Translations under genes and position numbers: made by a program
Shown here: positions 39,666 to 51,979 of the stretch, in pieces
Numbering within the stretch: the first letter of the stretch is position 1
Layout: each line of letters opens with the position of its first letter
From: Octopus sinensis
Lineage: Eukaryota
Assembly: GCF_006345805.1 (NCBI RefSeq)
Contig: NC_043010.1
Span: 41,168,001 to 41,232,000 of the forward strand
Length of the DNA: 64,000 bases
Reading direction: 5' to 3'
Notes under the pieces: generated by a model
Told to the model about the DNA's origin: nothing
Databases searched by the model: none
Seen by the model: only the letters and a program-made list of their open reading frames with translations

Positions 39666-40004
39666 CATATAGTATCTTGGAGACATCTTTGCTCCAAAGA
39701 CTAGCACCAGCTAGAACTGGTTATTACATGATATCAACGCTTGAGAAATAGATATGCTATGACTCAATCCTTTAAGAGTACAGACAATGGTGCAGATCAC
39801 TCTGGCTTACCACAAGATTATATTTCTTCGAAAGAAGATGTCCCCCCACCCCCACCCAATATGAAACCGCCTGGCAAGCAGCAAATTGATGTCATCATGA
39901 CACGATACACAGATAACGCGGTAAAGTTCATCAGGTCATCTCTGGAGGACGCACCACCTGCAAACTTACCTGAAGGAGACAAAGATGGTAAAAACAAGAC
40001 CATT

Positions 40005-40396
40005 TAGGAGTGGCTGTGTGGTAAGTAGCTTGATTACGAACCACATGGTTCCGGGTTCAGTCCCACTGCGTGGCACCTTGGGCAAGCGTCTTCTACTATA
40101 GCCTCGGGACAACCAAAGCCTTGTGAGTGGATTTGGTAGACGGAAACTGAAAGAAGCCTGTCGTATGTGTGTGTGTGTGTATGTTTGTGTGTCTGTGTTT
40201 GTCCTTCCCCCCCCCCCAACATCGCTTGACAACCAATGCTGGTCTGTTTACGTCCCCGTAACCTAGCGGTTCGGCAAAAGAGACCAATAGAATAAGTACT
40301 AGGCTTACAAAGAATAATTCCTGGGGTTGATTTGCTCGACTAGAGGTGGTGCTCCAGCATGGTCACAGTCAAATGACTGAAACAAGTAAAAGAGTA
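40005..40396 (+). mobile_element. SINE family B
   Basis: Full head and tail. Confidence 0.88.
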
Positions 40397-40859
40397 TACG
40401 TCACTTTCGTTGACCTCACGGTCATGCCATCTTTATTCAACTAGGTGAATAGAGATGACACGTCCAAAATCCTTGCCAATATTGGTGCCTTCTGATCCTT
40501 TTCAGGATTGTTCAATCATCTACACAGACATAAAAGATGTTGTTCACTTTAATGGTTCGCCTTCGAAACCCTCCAAGAGAGTCTCACATGAAACTGCTAA
40601 AACTTCAGTTCGACCATCTGTGTGAAAAAGACAAAGAGATAGGCCAATACGTTTAGCATTCTCCTGCCATAAAAAAAAAACTGCAAGTTAGAAGTAGACC
40701 ACAAGTTCACATACCTTGACTCCATCATCACGAACAACCGCGCTTTAAAAATTGAGATCAACATGAGTACTTGATGAGCAGCCTCAACGCTAGCCAAGTT
40801 AACAAAGATTGTCAAGGAGAACAGCAAGTTAATGGTGTACACTAAGATGTATTTCTGCA

Positions 40860-42240
40860 TCTATGGATCCATCTCTCGACAACATGCTGCCTAAGTAAAC
40901 AATAAGTATCCACTGCACCCAATCTTGTACCTCATAATACGATGGGCATTTCCTACTCGAAGTTTCAAGTGTTTCCGATTTGAAGTTGAATCTTCTTAAA
41001 TTGAAGACTCTTCCAGTAGTTCTAAACTTCAAAAGGACGTCTTTATCTTCAGCCTTGAAGTACATGCATAGGCAGAAAAGCAAAGAATATCGAAAAGAGT
41101 GTGGGAGCAGGAATATTGCCTTGCTTTACTCCATTGACAATCGGAACTTCATCAGGCAATTTTCTATTGAAGATTGCCCAAGCCTTCACGTCTCGGTGCA
41201 ACCACTTAAATATACTGACGGACTGTATGGGGAACTGGTCTTTCCCAAATAGTAGTGGGCACCCGACTTTTGCAAGAATTACCATCTTTGTTAACCGTAT
41301 CAAAAGCCTTTGTTAAATCAACAAAGGCATAATACAAAGGTACCTGCTATTCAGTACATTTCTTTGGTATCTGTCTAGTTAAGAACATAAAGTCGATTGT
41401 TCTTTTACCTAATCTAAAGCCACTTTGAGATTTCGTGATGATAGTAGGACAGACATCTTCCATTAGCCGGTTCAACAAAAGCTAAAGATTAAATACTGCT
41501 TATTTTCGTTTTCGTTTCCAGCCTTCTGCAGTTCGACAGGAAGACCATCTCGGTCAGGTGCTCTACTTGTATTTATCAGAAAGCCATCCCCCCCACTGCC
41601 ACCCCCATCATACGATGGAAATCGGTTCATTGTGAATTTCATATCGCACTGGGAAAGACTCTCTATAACAGTATCATCGACTACCAATAGGTTGTCAAAT
41701 AAATCAAAGAAATGTCTTTGTCAGTGCTATAGGATTTTCGCTGACTCTTTGACGATAGTAGTGTTGTCCCTGGATATCTGAGGAACTACAATAAAAGTTG
41801 GTGGGCCGAACACTTCACGTAGAAGGCCGTAAAACAGTTTGGAATCCTTTGCATCGTAGGCTTTTTTTTTTTTATACCAAAGACAACAACTCATCCTTAG
41901 TTCTTCTTAGTTCCTGTTGTAATGCTCCTTAGTATTTCCTACATCCCTTTTAAGTCCTCTCCGTAATAGGCAGCACAGAAGGGTACGGGCTCAAAATCTT
42001 TTCATGAAGAGCTTGTTTCGTTTTCAGTAGCTGGTTGATAATAGGATCGTTATCATTAAACTCGTCCTTATGCTTCTTCATTCTAAAACCATGTCCATTG
42101 ACTATCAAATGAGTACACTTGATTTTTAAAGCTTTCCCATATTCCATCAAAGTCAAGACAATCAAGTTGTTTAAGATTTCACGTGCATCTAGCAGTTTCA
42201 ATTTTGTAACATCGACACGTTTAGTATCTTCACCCCCATT
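40860..42240 (-). mobile_element. Degenerate RTE/BovB-like LINE (linker and RT)
   Basis: KKHKDEFNDNDPIINQLL; AYDAKDSKLFYGLLREVFGP; IVNGVKQGNIPAPTLFSIFF; LKFRTTGRVFNLRR; YLGSMLSRDGSIDAEI. Confidence 0.75.
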
Positions 42241-42644
42241 CATACATACACACATAGACACATACATACATACATACATACATACATACATACATACATA
42301 CATACATACACACATGCATACATACATACGTACACACACACTCATACATACATACATACATACATACATACATACATACATACACACATGCATACATACA
42401 TACGTACACACACACACACATACATACATACATACATACATACATACATACATACATACATACGTACGTACGTACATACAATACTAGGGTGTCACCTGTC
42501 ATATGACGGGTAACTTTGGAAATATACTTTAGTAATATCAAAAAATATGGCATACAATAATTATAATTTATCCTTTATCAGATTTCTTGGTGCTCATACA
42601 AAATGATGAAATAAAGACTAATTTTCAGAAGAAAAATATTTATT

Positions 42645-42795
42645 AGTCGCCTCTTCTTCTTCTTCTTCCTCCTCCTCCTCCTCTTCTTCATCCTCCACTT
42701 CTTCTTCCTCCTCCTCCTCCTTCTTCCACCTCCTCCTCCTCCTCCTCTTCTTCTTCTTCCTTATCCTCCACTTCTTCTTCCTCCTCCTCCCCCTC
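42645..42795. repeat. (CTT/CCT)n polypyrimidine mirror-type tract
   Basis: About 150 bp of CTT/CCT triplets. Confidence 0.9.
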
Positions 42796-43564
42796 TGTCT
42801 CTATGATTCTCTCTTATTGTGCGTTTGTGTGTGTATATATACATATACTTCCTTTACTCATTGCCTGCCACCAAGCCTAGTATGTTCACTCATCCTTCAA
42901 TTCTCATGTTACTCTCTCTGAATCTCTCTTTCACTCTCCATCTCTCTCTTTATACGATGTAAGATGTCACTAGAGAAACCAACCAACCAACCAATCAACC
43001 AGCCAACCAGCAATTTTATCGACTATTGTTTGATAGAATATAAGTAAAGTAGTCCTTTACTTTTTGTCCCTAAATCTAAACAAGGCTAGAATTTGGAAGA
43101 AAAAAAACATTATCGAAAGTTTTTTTCATAAATAATTTTATGCTATGATTTTTTTTCTCAATAACAAATTGTAAATAAATTTATATACTTTATTTATCGC
43201 AAAAAGGATACTGCTTACAAAAGCAGACAGTTAAGAAAATTGTAAAATAAGAAAAGGAGTAAAAAAGAAAAAAAATCACTGAATATATAAAATTATTATG
43301 CTCCACATTAAGAGATATTTGTATTCTCTTCAAAAAACAATTGTGGCAACCCAAACCATTCATGGCATTAGCACGAAAGCTGCTTGGGTTCTGGTATAGT
43401 CACTCTTTTCTTTTGCGAGTATTACTTAATACTTTAATGAGACAAGACACCAAATGTAACCAAAACGGCATACCTACACAAGTGTGCCTCGTCATGACTT
43501 CCAGAAAAACGGATTTTTTTATGAAATTTGCAACAGATAGGCTTCAGACGATATAGATTCCGAT

Positions 43565-43784
43565 AAGGTGGCGAGCTGGTAGAGTTGTTAGCACACCGGG
43601 CGAAATGCGTCTGCCGTTACGTTCTGAATTCAGATTCTGCCGAGGTCGACTTTGCCTTTCATCCTTTCGGGGTCGATAAATTAAGTACCAGTTACGCACT
43701 GGTGTCGATATAATCGACTTAACCGTTTGTCTGTCCTTGTTTGTCCTCTCTGTGTGTTAGCCCCTTGTGAGTAGTAAAGAAATA
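43565..43784 (+). mobile_element. SINE family A
   Basis: 17-bp TSD GATATAGATTCCGATAA at 43550-43566 and 43785-43801. Confidence 0.9.
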
Positions 43785-45479
43785 GATATAGATTCCGATA
43801 ATATAGGAATTTGTGTAAAAGTTTTTCCGATGGTAGGGAGAGAAGTTTCAAAAAATTCAGTCGAGTTCGTTTTGTTTCCTCATAACTTCCTGACAATTTG
43901 ATTGTTTTTTTGCTTTTTTGGGGGGGGGGGGTCTGAAATTTTCTATAGATACCTTCCAGAATGCGTAAATTACGATTATATTGGAATTTGATGAGAAAGG
44001 GGAAATGTTGAGCACGAACACATTTATACTAAAACACATCAAAAACGAAACTTGAAATATCAGAAAAAATTGTGATGTGTGTCAGTATGTATGTGCGCAA
44101 GCTCACCATTTTTTCTTTTTTTGTCCTATTAAATTCCGATATAATTATAATCTATACCATCTGAAAGGTATATGTAGAAAATTTCATGAAGAAAAATACC
44201 CATTTTTCTGGCAGTTATGAGGAAATAAAGCCACCTTTTGTGAATTTCAAGAAACTCCCCTCTGAAATTTTTCTTTTCAAAACAAATTCTGACATAATTA
44301 AAATATGCACCATATGAAGCATATTTGTAACAAATTTCCAATTAAAACAGATCCATTTTTCTGGAAGTTATGAGGAACCAAAATCGGGAGGACACACTTA
44401 TGTAGGAATGTCACAAAAACTTTGTTGTCAAAGGGCCTAGCTTCACAAAATGTCTCGAACAAGAAATTACGATATTGCAGTATTTTATTCTGTTCAGCTA
44501 CAGATACAGTAATCCCAGTCTTCACAACAGCTTTAAGGATATGTGGAAAAAGCGAGAGTCACTAACAGTGACGTCCTATATGAGGCATCTGCTTACAGTC
44601 CAAGGCAAAAAGATGAGTCCATCGGGTCTCTTTAGAATTTAGGAGTGAATTCTACTCTAAGCACCCCATATAACCTCTTCACAACTTTTTTAATTTTTGG
44701 AATTTTCAGTAAAATTTTGCAAACTAGTATTCTACACGCGGGAATTTATACGATTGTGCAAAAAGCAGAAAAAAAAATTGTGTGAATTTAAGGGTTATTT
44801 AGCTGTTATTTTTAGCACATCTCACGACTATCTGATACCCTCTTCGTTCGTTTGTCACTCTGACGTTTTGATCTTTTTCGATATTTCTCTGCATAAACAC
44901 ATTTAATGGTCTATCGATGGGGTGTAAGCAAAAACTTCGGACTGTCTTTTATATACTGTGATTTTAAGAAAAAGTCGAGAAAATATTTGAAAAATAAAAA
45001 AGGGGAAAAATTTTTAAAAACATTTTTTTCACAGTCATATGAATTCCCGAGAATAGAAAACAAATTCGCAAAAATTTTCTGAAAATACCAAAAAACAAAA
45101 AAGTTATGAGGGGTTTTATGGGGTGTTTAAAGCAGAATCCCATCAATTTAGGAGATATATACTGACTTCAAGCATTAGGAAATATTAACTCTGACCGAGG
45201 TTCATTTAATAATCAGCCTTATCTTGTGGCAAGTGAAATACTACAACTTCAGTACCAATTGTCGCACCAACAACTTTTTCTACACACATATATGCATTGG
45301 CTCCATCTCAGAGGGCGATGGAGATGTGGAGCACATCCTAGTTAAGTAAGCAACGTGTCAACTCAATCTTCTGAAAATTTGGCACTCACATAAAATCAAG
45401 GATTCAGTGAAAATTGATTGTTTAAAGAATCAAAAATGTCTTTTGACTGTAAGTTGTCCTAAATTCTGCACGTCGATTT

Positions 45480-45624
45480 ATCCTACACAGGAACGAACAA
45501 TCTGAGTACCCTTCACAACTCTAGAGTTTCGTCTGCCACCCCGTTAGAGATTGTCCATTATGGAAAGGAGAGAGTATTGCCTATCGAAGAAAAGTAAAGA
45601 AAATGGAAAAAAAAAAACATTCAG
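45480..45624 (+). other. STX18: Putative non-coding first exon (5' UTR) of STX18; start coordinate is a guess
   Basis: Strong donor CAG|GTAAGG at 45624/45625. The ATG-containing exon is preceded by an acceptor (ttattacag, AG at 46636-46637), so an upstream exon is required. Confidence 0.5.
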
Positions 45625-46662
45625 GTAAGGGACAGAGAGAAGACAACGCATCTTGAACAAGGATTCCAAAGTGATCTTGAACAAGGATTCCAAAGCGATC
45701 TTAAGAATACCAAACTTCCGTTAAAGACCGTCGGAATCTAAACGAGGAATTACCCTCAAAGAATAAATTTAGGATCGATAATTACTGAGCAAAGAAAAAA
45801 AAACGATGAGACTCAGATAGATCGATTGTTAATCAAAACAAATGAAAACATTTGTGGTTATTTAAAAAAAATTATGGAATCAACGATAATTTTTTATTAT
45901 TATTATAATTATATCATAGTTGTATTTATATGATGAAGCACTTAGTCATACGATTAGTCATAAAACAGTGACCTCCCTTATAGTGCGAAAGTCTATGAGC
46001 GCAAAACAAAAACATCAAATCAGTCATCGAAATTTTTGTGACTTTCCAGAATACAAACATTTATGTTTGTAAAGGTATGCAGCTGTAGATTTTCTTTTCT
46101 TTCCCTTTTTTAAGTGGGGAACTGTATATTTGATGCTCATTCCCTTCCTGTCGGAAATTAATGGGAATCGTGCATAATTGTTCCAGAGTGGCTGCTACCA
46201 CGTCAATAAAGTAACATACATATGTTATAATTTGCTGATAATAAGTTGATATAAAATTTAAAATGGTACGATAATACGAAAAGAAGAGCAACATTTTTTT
46301 TTTAAATGATATATGTATGAATTTTTTCTCAAAGTTAAATCATATTATTATATGTAACGATTAAAATGAAAATAATCAATTTAAGAAGAAGCAATAATTT
46401 ATTAACTGTGTTGACTTTATAGCTTAAAAACAGAAATAACGAAAGACACGGCTTTCTTTTTGTGCATTATTCGTTACTAAAATTTATAAATGTTGGTTGA
46501 GAAAGAAAACAATAAACTGTATTAATATTATAGCTTGAAAAATAGAAATAATAAAAGATACGAGGTGCGGGTATGCTTTTATCGTTTCGTTTTGTTAATC
46601 AGATCCATATTTTTATTAACTCTTTATGTTATTACAGCTGAAGGTAGAATCGTAAGGAAATT

Positions 46663-46824
46663 ATGACAGATATAACCAACGTGTTCAAGGCAACGATAAA
46701 AGCTCTCAAATCACGTCATAAAGCTGAAGGTTTAACACATAACAACAATGTGGACAATGGTAAACATCCGTTGCTCGCCCCTCGGAAGGAAAAAAGTGAT
46801 TTTGCGAACAGATGCCAAACTGTT
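46663..46824 (+). CDS. STX18: Syntaxin-18 coding exon 1 (162 nt)
   Basis: MTDITNVFKATIKALKSRHKA...KSDFANRCQTV|gtaagt resembles the STX18 N-terminus (DITLLFRASVKTVKTRNKA...KGDFSSRAREV). In-frame stops (TGA 46639, TAG 46645) upstream fix the ATG. Confidence 0.93.
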
Positions 46825-47871
46825 GTAAGTTATGCTCAAATGTTTTGAAGTGTCCTACTCCTGCTCTGCTGGAAATATATTTTATATCATTTTGCTTTGT
46901 TTTGAACTTAAAAAAACAGAATTGCTATTTTCTTATTCTTTATTTTATTCCATCGATGAAAAGTATTGTTATGATCGTCTGCCACAAATATACAAATTGC
47001 GATCGTTTTACTCGAACTGCGTACGTTTACCTGCATTGTGCCCATATGTATATAAGTAAACGTGTACCATCATCCAATTTTTAAATGATAAACAAGGTGG
47101 AGCATGGTCAGAATCGTTAGTATCAGACAAAATGTCTTTCGGTATTTGCTTCAGCTCTTTATGTCCTGTGTTCAAATGTCGTTGAGGTCAACTTTGACAT
47201 CCGTCCCTCTCAGGTCGATAAAATAAAGTACCAGTCTGTAGGTGGAATTGTTAGAATGTTGGACAAAATGTCTGGCAGTATTTGTTACAGTGCCAAACTG
47301 TATCAGCCCTTCTTTTTCCTTTGAAGATCTGTGGTAGTGTGACCTCTCGCTTGCTTTGTGGTTACAGTCAACACCTCACGCACACACTGTCTTCTTCATA
47401 TGTTGAAATTAACAGAAATATCCCCCTTCCCCAATCTATTTTCACCCTACGTGATTTAGCTATAATTAAAGGAATGCCTGAAGGGAAATAAGCCGATGTT
47501 ATTGCCATCAATATGGCACAATCCAAAGATTCAGTCTTCAGTGACAGTGCTTAGAATAATATTTGTTTCTGGAAGAGCAAAATTTTCTTAGCTGTGACCA
47601 TTCTTTGGCTTTTTCTTATGTGTATGGGAACCCAGGACCAAATAAGGTTCCATGTCCTTTTTTTAAAAAAATAGGTTGGGTGTGACTTGAGATAGATTTG
47701 CTTTCTAATATAGGTACAATGTTACATATCTGGAGAGAGAGCAGGGCTCCACGAAGACCATCTCATACCATAAGCACAACCTAAAGATGATTCTTCTCAA
47801 TCCTTCCATTGGCTAACTTACTATGCGTTGACGTAAGTGCCAAATGTGAAATTGTGGCACAGTAGTAACCA

Positions 47872-48700
47872 AGAAATGTATGTATCCATTGTGCAAGAGA
47901 GATGACTGTGCTGGTATGGTCATGTGGCAAGAATGGATGAGGATAGCTATGTGAAAAAGTGCCACACCCTAGCGGTTGACAGGAACCTGTGGAAGAGGTA
48001 GACCCAGGAAGACCTGGGATGAAGTGGTGAAGCACAACCTTTGAACATTAGGCCTCACCGAGGTAATGACTAGTGACTGAGACCTTTGGAAATATTCTGT
48101 GCTTGAGAAAACCCGGCAAGCCAAGTGAGACCATAACCTCATGGCCTATGCCAGGTGTGTAACCAGCTCACTTATGCATACCTTTCCTTCATTGGACACT
48201 AAACTCTGCTTGCAAAGACCTGTTGAGGCAAGTGAAATCAAAATCAAATTCGATGACTGGCATCTGTGCTAGTGTAGTGGTAACAACACCATCCGAGCAT
48301 AATCGTTGCCAGAGCAGCTAACTGGCTTCCGTGCCAGTGACACGTAAACAGCACCATTCGAGCGTGATCGTTACCAGCGTCGCCTTACTGGCACGTGAAA
48401 AAGCATTTGAGCGAGTTCGTTGCCAGTGCCGCTGGACTGGCTCCTGTGCAGGTGACATGTAAAAAACACCATTTGAGCGTGGCCATTGCCAGTACTGCCT
48501 GACTGGCCCTCATGCTGGTGGCACGTAAAAAGCACTCACTACACTCTCGGAGTGGTTGGCATTAGGAAGGGCATCCAGCTGTAGAAACTCTGCCAGATCA
48601 GTTTGGAGCCTGGTGCAGCCATCTGGTTTGCCAGTCCTCAGTCAAATCGTTCAACCCATGCTAGCATGAAAAGCAGACGTTAAACGATGATGATGATGAT
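47872..48700 (+). mobile_element. 5'-truncated RTE LINE with modular 3' UTR and (GAT)n tail (STX18 intron)
   Basis: Homologous to 11680-12460 and 31822-32607. Confidence 0.9.
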
Positions 48701-48859
48701 CGGTTTTCCAAGTTGCTAATATCATCTGTCAGTTGCAATTCCTGACAAAAAAACGTTGAATAAAAGATGTCAAAGTGTTCTAAGTTCCAAAATAATTGAT
48801 TAAAAATTTGGTCTTCTCTCTGACTAGACCCCACAAATATATTCTATTTGCTATAGGAG

Positions 48860-49470
48860 CATATTCAGCATATTTTGCTTTATGAGTTCAATGAAAGCAA
48901 CAACACAACGGAAAATGTGAGGAATATTAATGCAGTGTATGGGGATTGAATAATAAGTGTAAGCGAGTGTCAATGGTGGTACCAGAAATTCCAAGCTGGC
49001 AACTGCAGCCTAGAAAACGAGCGTCATCCTGGATGATCTATAGAGCTTGACGAGGACGTCTTGCAAACCCTGGTGGAATAAAATCCCATCATAACTGTTG
49101 AGGAACTAACAGAGAAGCTTAGATTTGGTCATTCAGCCATTCATCAACATGTGCATGCCATTGGAAAAGTCAGTAAATTGGGTCAGTAGGTTCCTCACAA
49201 ACTTTCTGTGTCTAATCGTGCGCAGAGATTGAAGGTGTACTCTTCTTTGCTGTCATGTCTCACGAATGAACCTTTTTTGGATCAAATAGTGACTGGTGAT
49301 GAGAAATGGGTTCTCTATAAAAAGGGTAGGGAAAGGAGAAACACCAGCACCCCAGGCTAAAGAAAGTTTTCACCCACATAAGGTGTTTTTATCTATTTGG
49401 TGGGATATGAAAGGTTTAGTCCACTTTGAACTTTTAAACCCAAACCAAATAATAACAAAGGAGATTTGTA
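48860..49470 (+). pseudogene. Mariner transposase relic (HTH region to first catalytic D), with stops and a deletion
   Basis: ILLYEF...QWWYQKFQAGNCSLE; KLGQ*VPHKL (WVPHEL motif); IVTGDEKWVLY; FHPHKVFLSIWWDMKGLVHFELL. Confidence 0.88.
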
Positions 49471-49963
49471 CCCTTAATGTAATTCATGAAGTGAATCAGG
49501 CAGGGTTTTTGAAGTGTAGTTTCTCTGATGGACTTCTATTCAGTTTCCATCTACCCACTTTCAATCTCAAGGTGTGGGTCAGCTTAAAATTTTAGTAAAG
49601 ACATTTGCCTAAAATATTATACAGTGAGATTGAACTCAAGATCTTATGGCTGCAAAGCGAATTTCTTAATCACTCAACCATACCTATGTGTGTGTATGTT
49701 GTTATAACTTGCCTGAAGAGTCTGTGCACTGACAGATGTAACTCAGAGTAAACTAAATTTGACTGAAATGAAATCATTATTTATCTCTATTTTGATATCA
49801 AGTACTCTTTTTTCCCCACAGTCAACACTAAATGTATGCATATGTATGTTGTTGTTGTTTGTTCCTTCTCGACCCATGCCTGGCTCATAAGGGCCGGTTT
49901 CCTGGTTTCATTGGTGTATAGGTTCCCGACCTGGACAGGACGCTTGTCCATCATAATATATAT

Positions 49964-50186
49964 AAGGCGGCGAGCTGGCAGAAACGTTAGCACGCCGGGC
50001 GAAATGCTAAGCGATATTTCGTCTGTCGTTATGTTCTGAGTTCAAATTCTACCGAGGTCGACTTTGCCTTTCATCCCTTTCGGGGTCGATAAATAAAGTA
50101 CCAGTTTTCGCACTGGGGTCTATGTAATCGACTTAGTCCCATGTTTGTCCCCTCTATGTTTAGCCCCTTGTGGGCAGTAAAGAAAT
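49964..50186 (+). mobile_element. SINE family A
   Basis: Full-length; inserted next to a V-core SINE fragment. Confidence 0.88.
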
Positions 50187-50526
50187 AAATATATATATAC
50201 ATACACACACACACACATATACATATGTGTGGGGGTTTATTAATGCTGAGAGAAACCAGAGGATTTCAAGAAGCTCAATTTTTCTTTAGTATCCTACAGC
50301 ATTGTATGAAAGGAGAGAGAACACTTTCTCTGCACAGCATACTAGATGAAGTAATAGCTTTTAGAATTTAACAAATCCAACAAGATGACTGTGGTCAATT
50401 TGAACTTCAGTCCTTCAATTACTAGTTCAGTATCTTGGTTATTCCACCATTCTCCATGTAATATATTATATGCGTTATGTATGTTGAATGATTTTCTTAA
50501 ATGTTTTATGATTGTTTTGTTTCTAG

Positions 50527-50594
50527 TGTACCAACATAACAAAACTCAGAGGTTTTCTTTTGCAACACCGGAAGAACTATATCAATGCTGGTGG
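50527..50594 (+). CDS. STX18: Syntaxin-18 coding exon 2 (68 nt)
   Basis: ttctag|CTNITKLRGFLLQHRKNYINAG(G)|gtaagt; matches STX18 ISHIGKLRDFLLEHRKDYINA; phase 0 to 2. Confidence 0.93.
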
Positions 50595-50664
50595 GTAAGT
50601 AGTTTATTATTTTTCTCACTAAGTTCTGTTTATGCATATGAGTACTGTTTTTCTTATTATACAT

Positions 50665-50900
50665 TGAAGATACAGCATAGAAGGATGAGGCTAGCTGGAC
50701 ACTGCATCAGATATACCGATGAAATTACTAACAAGCTAGTGCTCTGGCAACCACTGGAAGGAAGAACCAGGAGAGGAAGGCAGAAGACAACCTATATCGA
50801 CAACTTGTATGAAAGGAGTACAGGAGCTGAGGACCATTATGGAAGATCGAGATGAGTGGGGAAAATGTGTGGAAAAAGTCTTGGGCCATCCTGAGGGACA
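50665..50900 (+). mobile_element. RTE-clade LINE 3' remnant (distinct family), (GATA)n tail
   Basis: IQHRRMRLAGHCIRY...LVLWQP..GRTRRGRQKTTYIDNL. Confidence 0.75.
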
Positions 50901-51296
50901 ACCTAGATAGGTAGATAAACAGATAGACAGACAAACAGATATGTTTTTTTAAAGCAATTTTCATGTAATAAATGCCTGAATTGTTTTATTAATAAGTTAT
51001 AATTTCCTAAAATATGAGCATTATATCTAGAGATGAACAATATTTTTTAATATTTACATCTATACTAAGGCAGTGAGCTGGCAGAATTGTTAGAATGCCA
51101 AGCAAAATGCTTAGTGAAATTTTGTTTGTCGTTATATTCTGAGTGGTCTTGTTTCACTATTGTGAGCATGGATTTTTTTAGCACTATTTGGATATCCTTA
51201 TCCTTTCTTATGTTAGTTAAGTACCCTTACAACTCTTCTCTCCACAATTACTTTGTGACGTGTCAACACTGTAAATGGAAACTATATAAAGTATTG

Positions 51297-51497
51297 AAGG
51301 CGGCGAGCTGGCAGAAACGTTAGCGCGCAGGGCGAAATGCTTAGCGGTATTTCGTCTGTCGTTACGTTCTGAGTTCGAATTCCGCCGAGGTCGACTTTGC
51401 CTTTCATCCTTTCGGGGTCGATGTAATCGACTTAATACCTATGTCTGTCCTTGTTTGTACCCTCTGTGTTTAGCCCCTTGTGGGTAGTAAAGAAATA
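51297..51497 (+). mobile_element. SINE family A (young, CpG-rich, internal deletion)
   Basis: 14-bp TSD TATATAAAGTATTG at 51283-51296 and 51498-51511. Confidence 0.9.
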
Positions 51498-51979
51498 TAT
51501 ATAAAGTATTGGTTTATCGATTCATTGAATCTGAATTCAAGTCCTTCGCTAACTATTGGTAAAAGGTACCAGTTGATCTGGAAATATGTTAACAGTAAAA
51601 TATTGATTATTTTGGCTCAACAGGTCAGTTTTTGAAAGAGGTTTATTTCATTATGCAGTTGAACAAGTTGTCATGGACATGATCAGGGGTGATTGTTATT
51701 GATTTTATTTAACTCCAGATCAGTGTTGCTCAAACAGACTTCTAATTAGTATGTTCTACCGTTTTTAGATGGTTTACTGTGGTTTGAGGGTGATTTGGCT
51801 GCTACCTCTGCGTCTCCCTTTGGCTAACTCAAGGGAGATTATTGCAATCTTTAATTGCCATTTTGAATTGCGTTCTCCCCCTTGTTATATGTTAACATAC
51901 AAGTCATTAACCAAAACTATTATTTTATAAAATGTATCTTTAAATATTCAAAGCACCCTTCTGTTCTATTTGGTTTCAG

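Larger units (their letters stand above)
38755..40860 (+). mobile_element. Highly degenerate RTE/BovB-like LINE (endonuclease to RT), interrupted by CR1 and SINE insertions
   Basis: TKDELYDQL...LLLPEDFNARTG; TQSFKSTDNGADHS; YVTFVDLT; HKFTYLDSIITNN..EIN...LAKLTK. Confidence 0.7.

Noticed and set aside
41950-42553. 107-175 aa ORFs
   Set aside because: (TACA)n repeat fused to an RTE linker relic.
42645-42795. Poly-Glu coding exon on the minus strand
   Set aside because: No acceptor or donor context; best explained as a triplet-repeat expansion.
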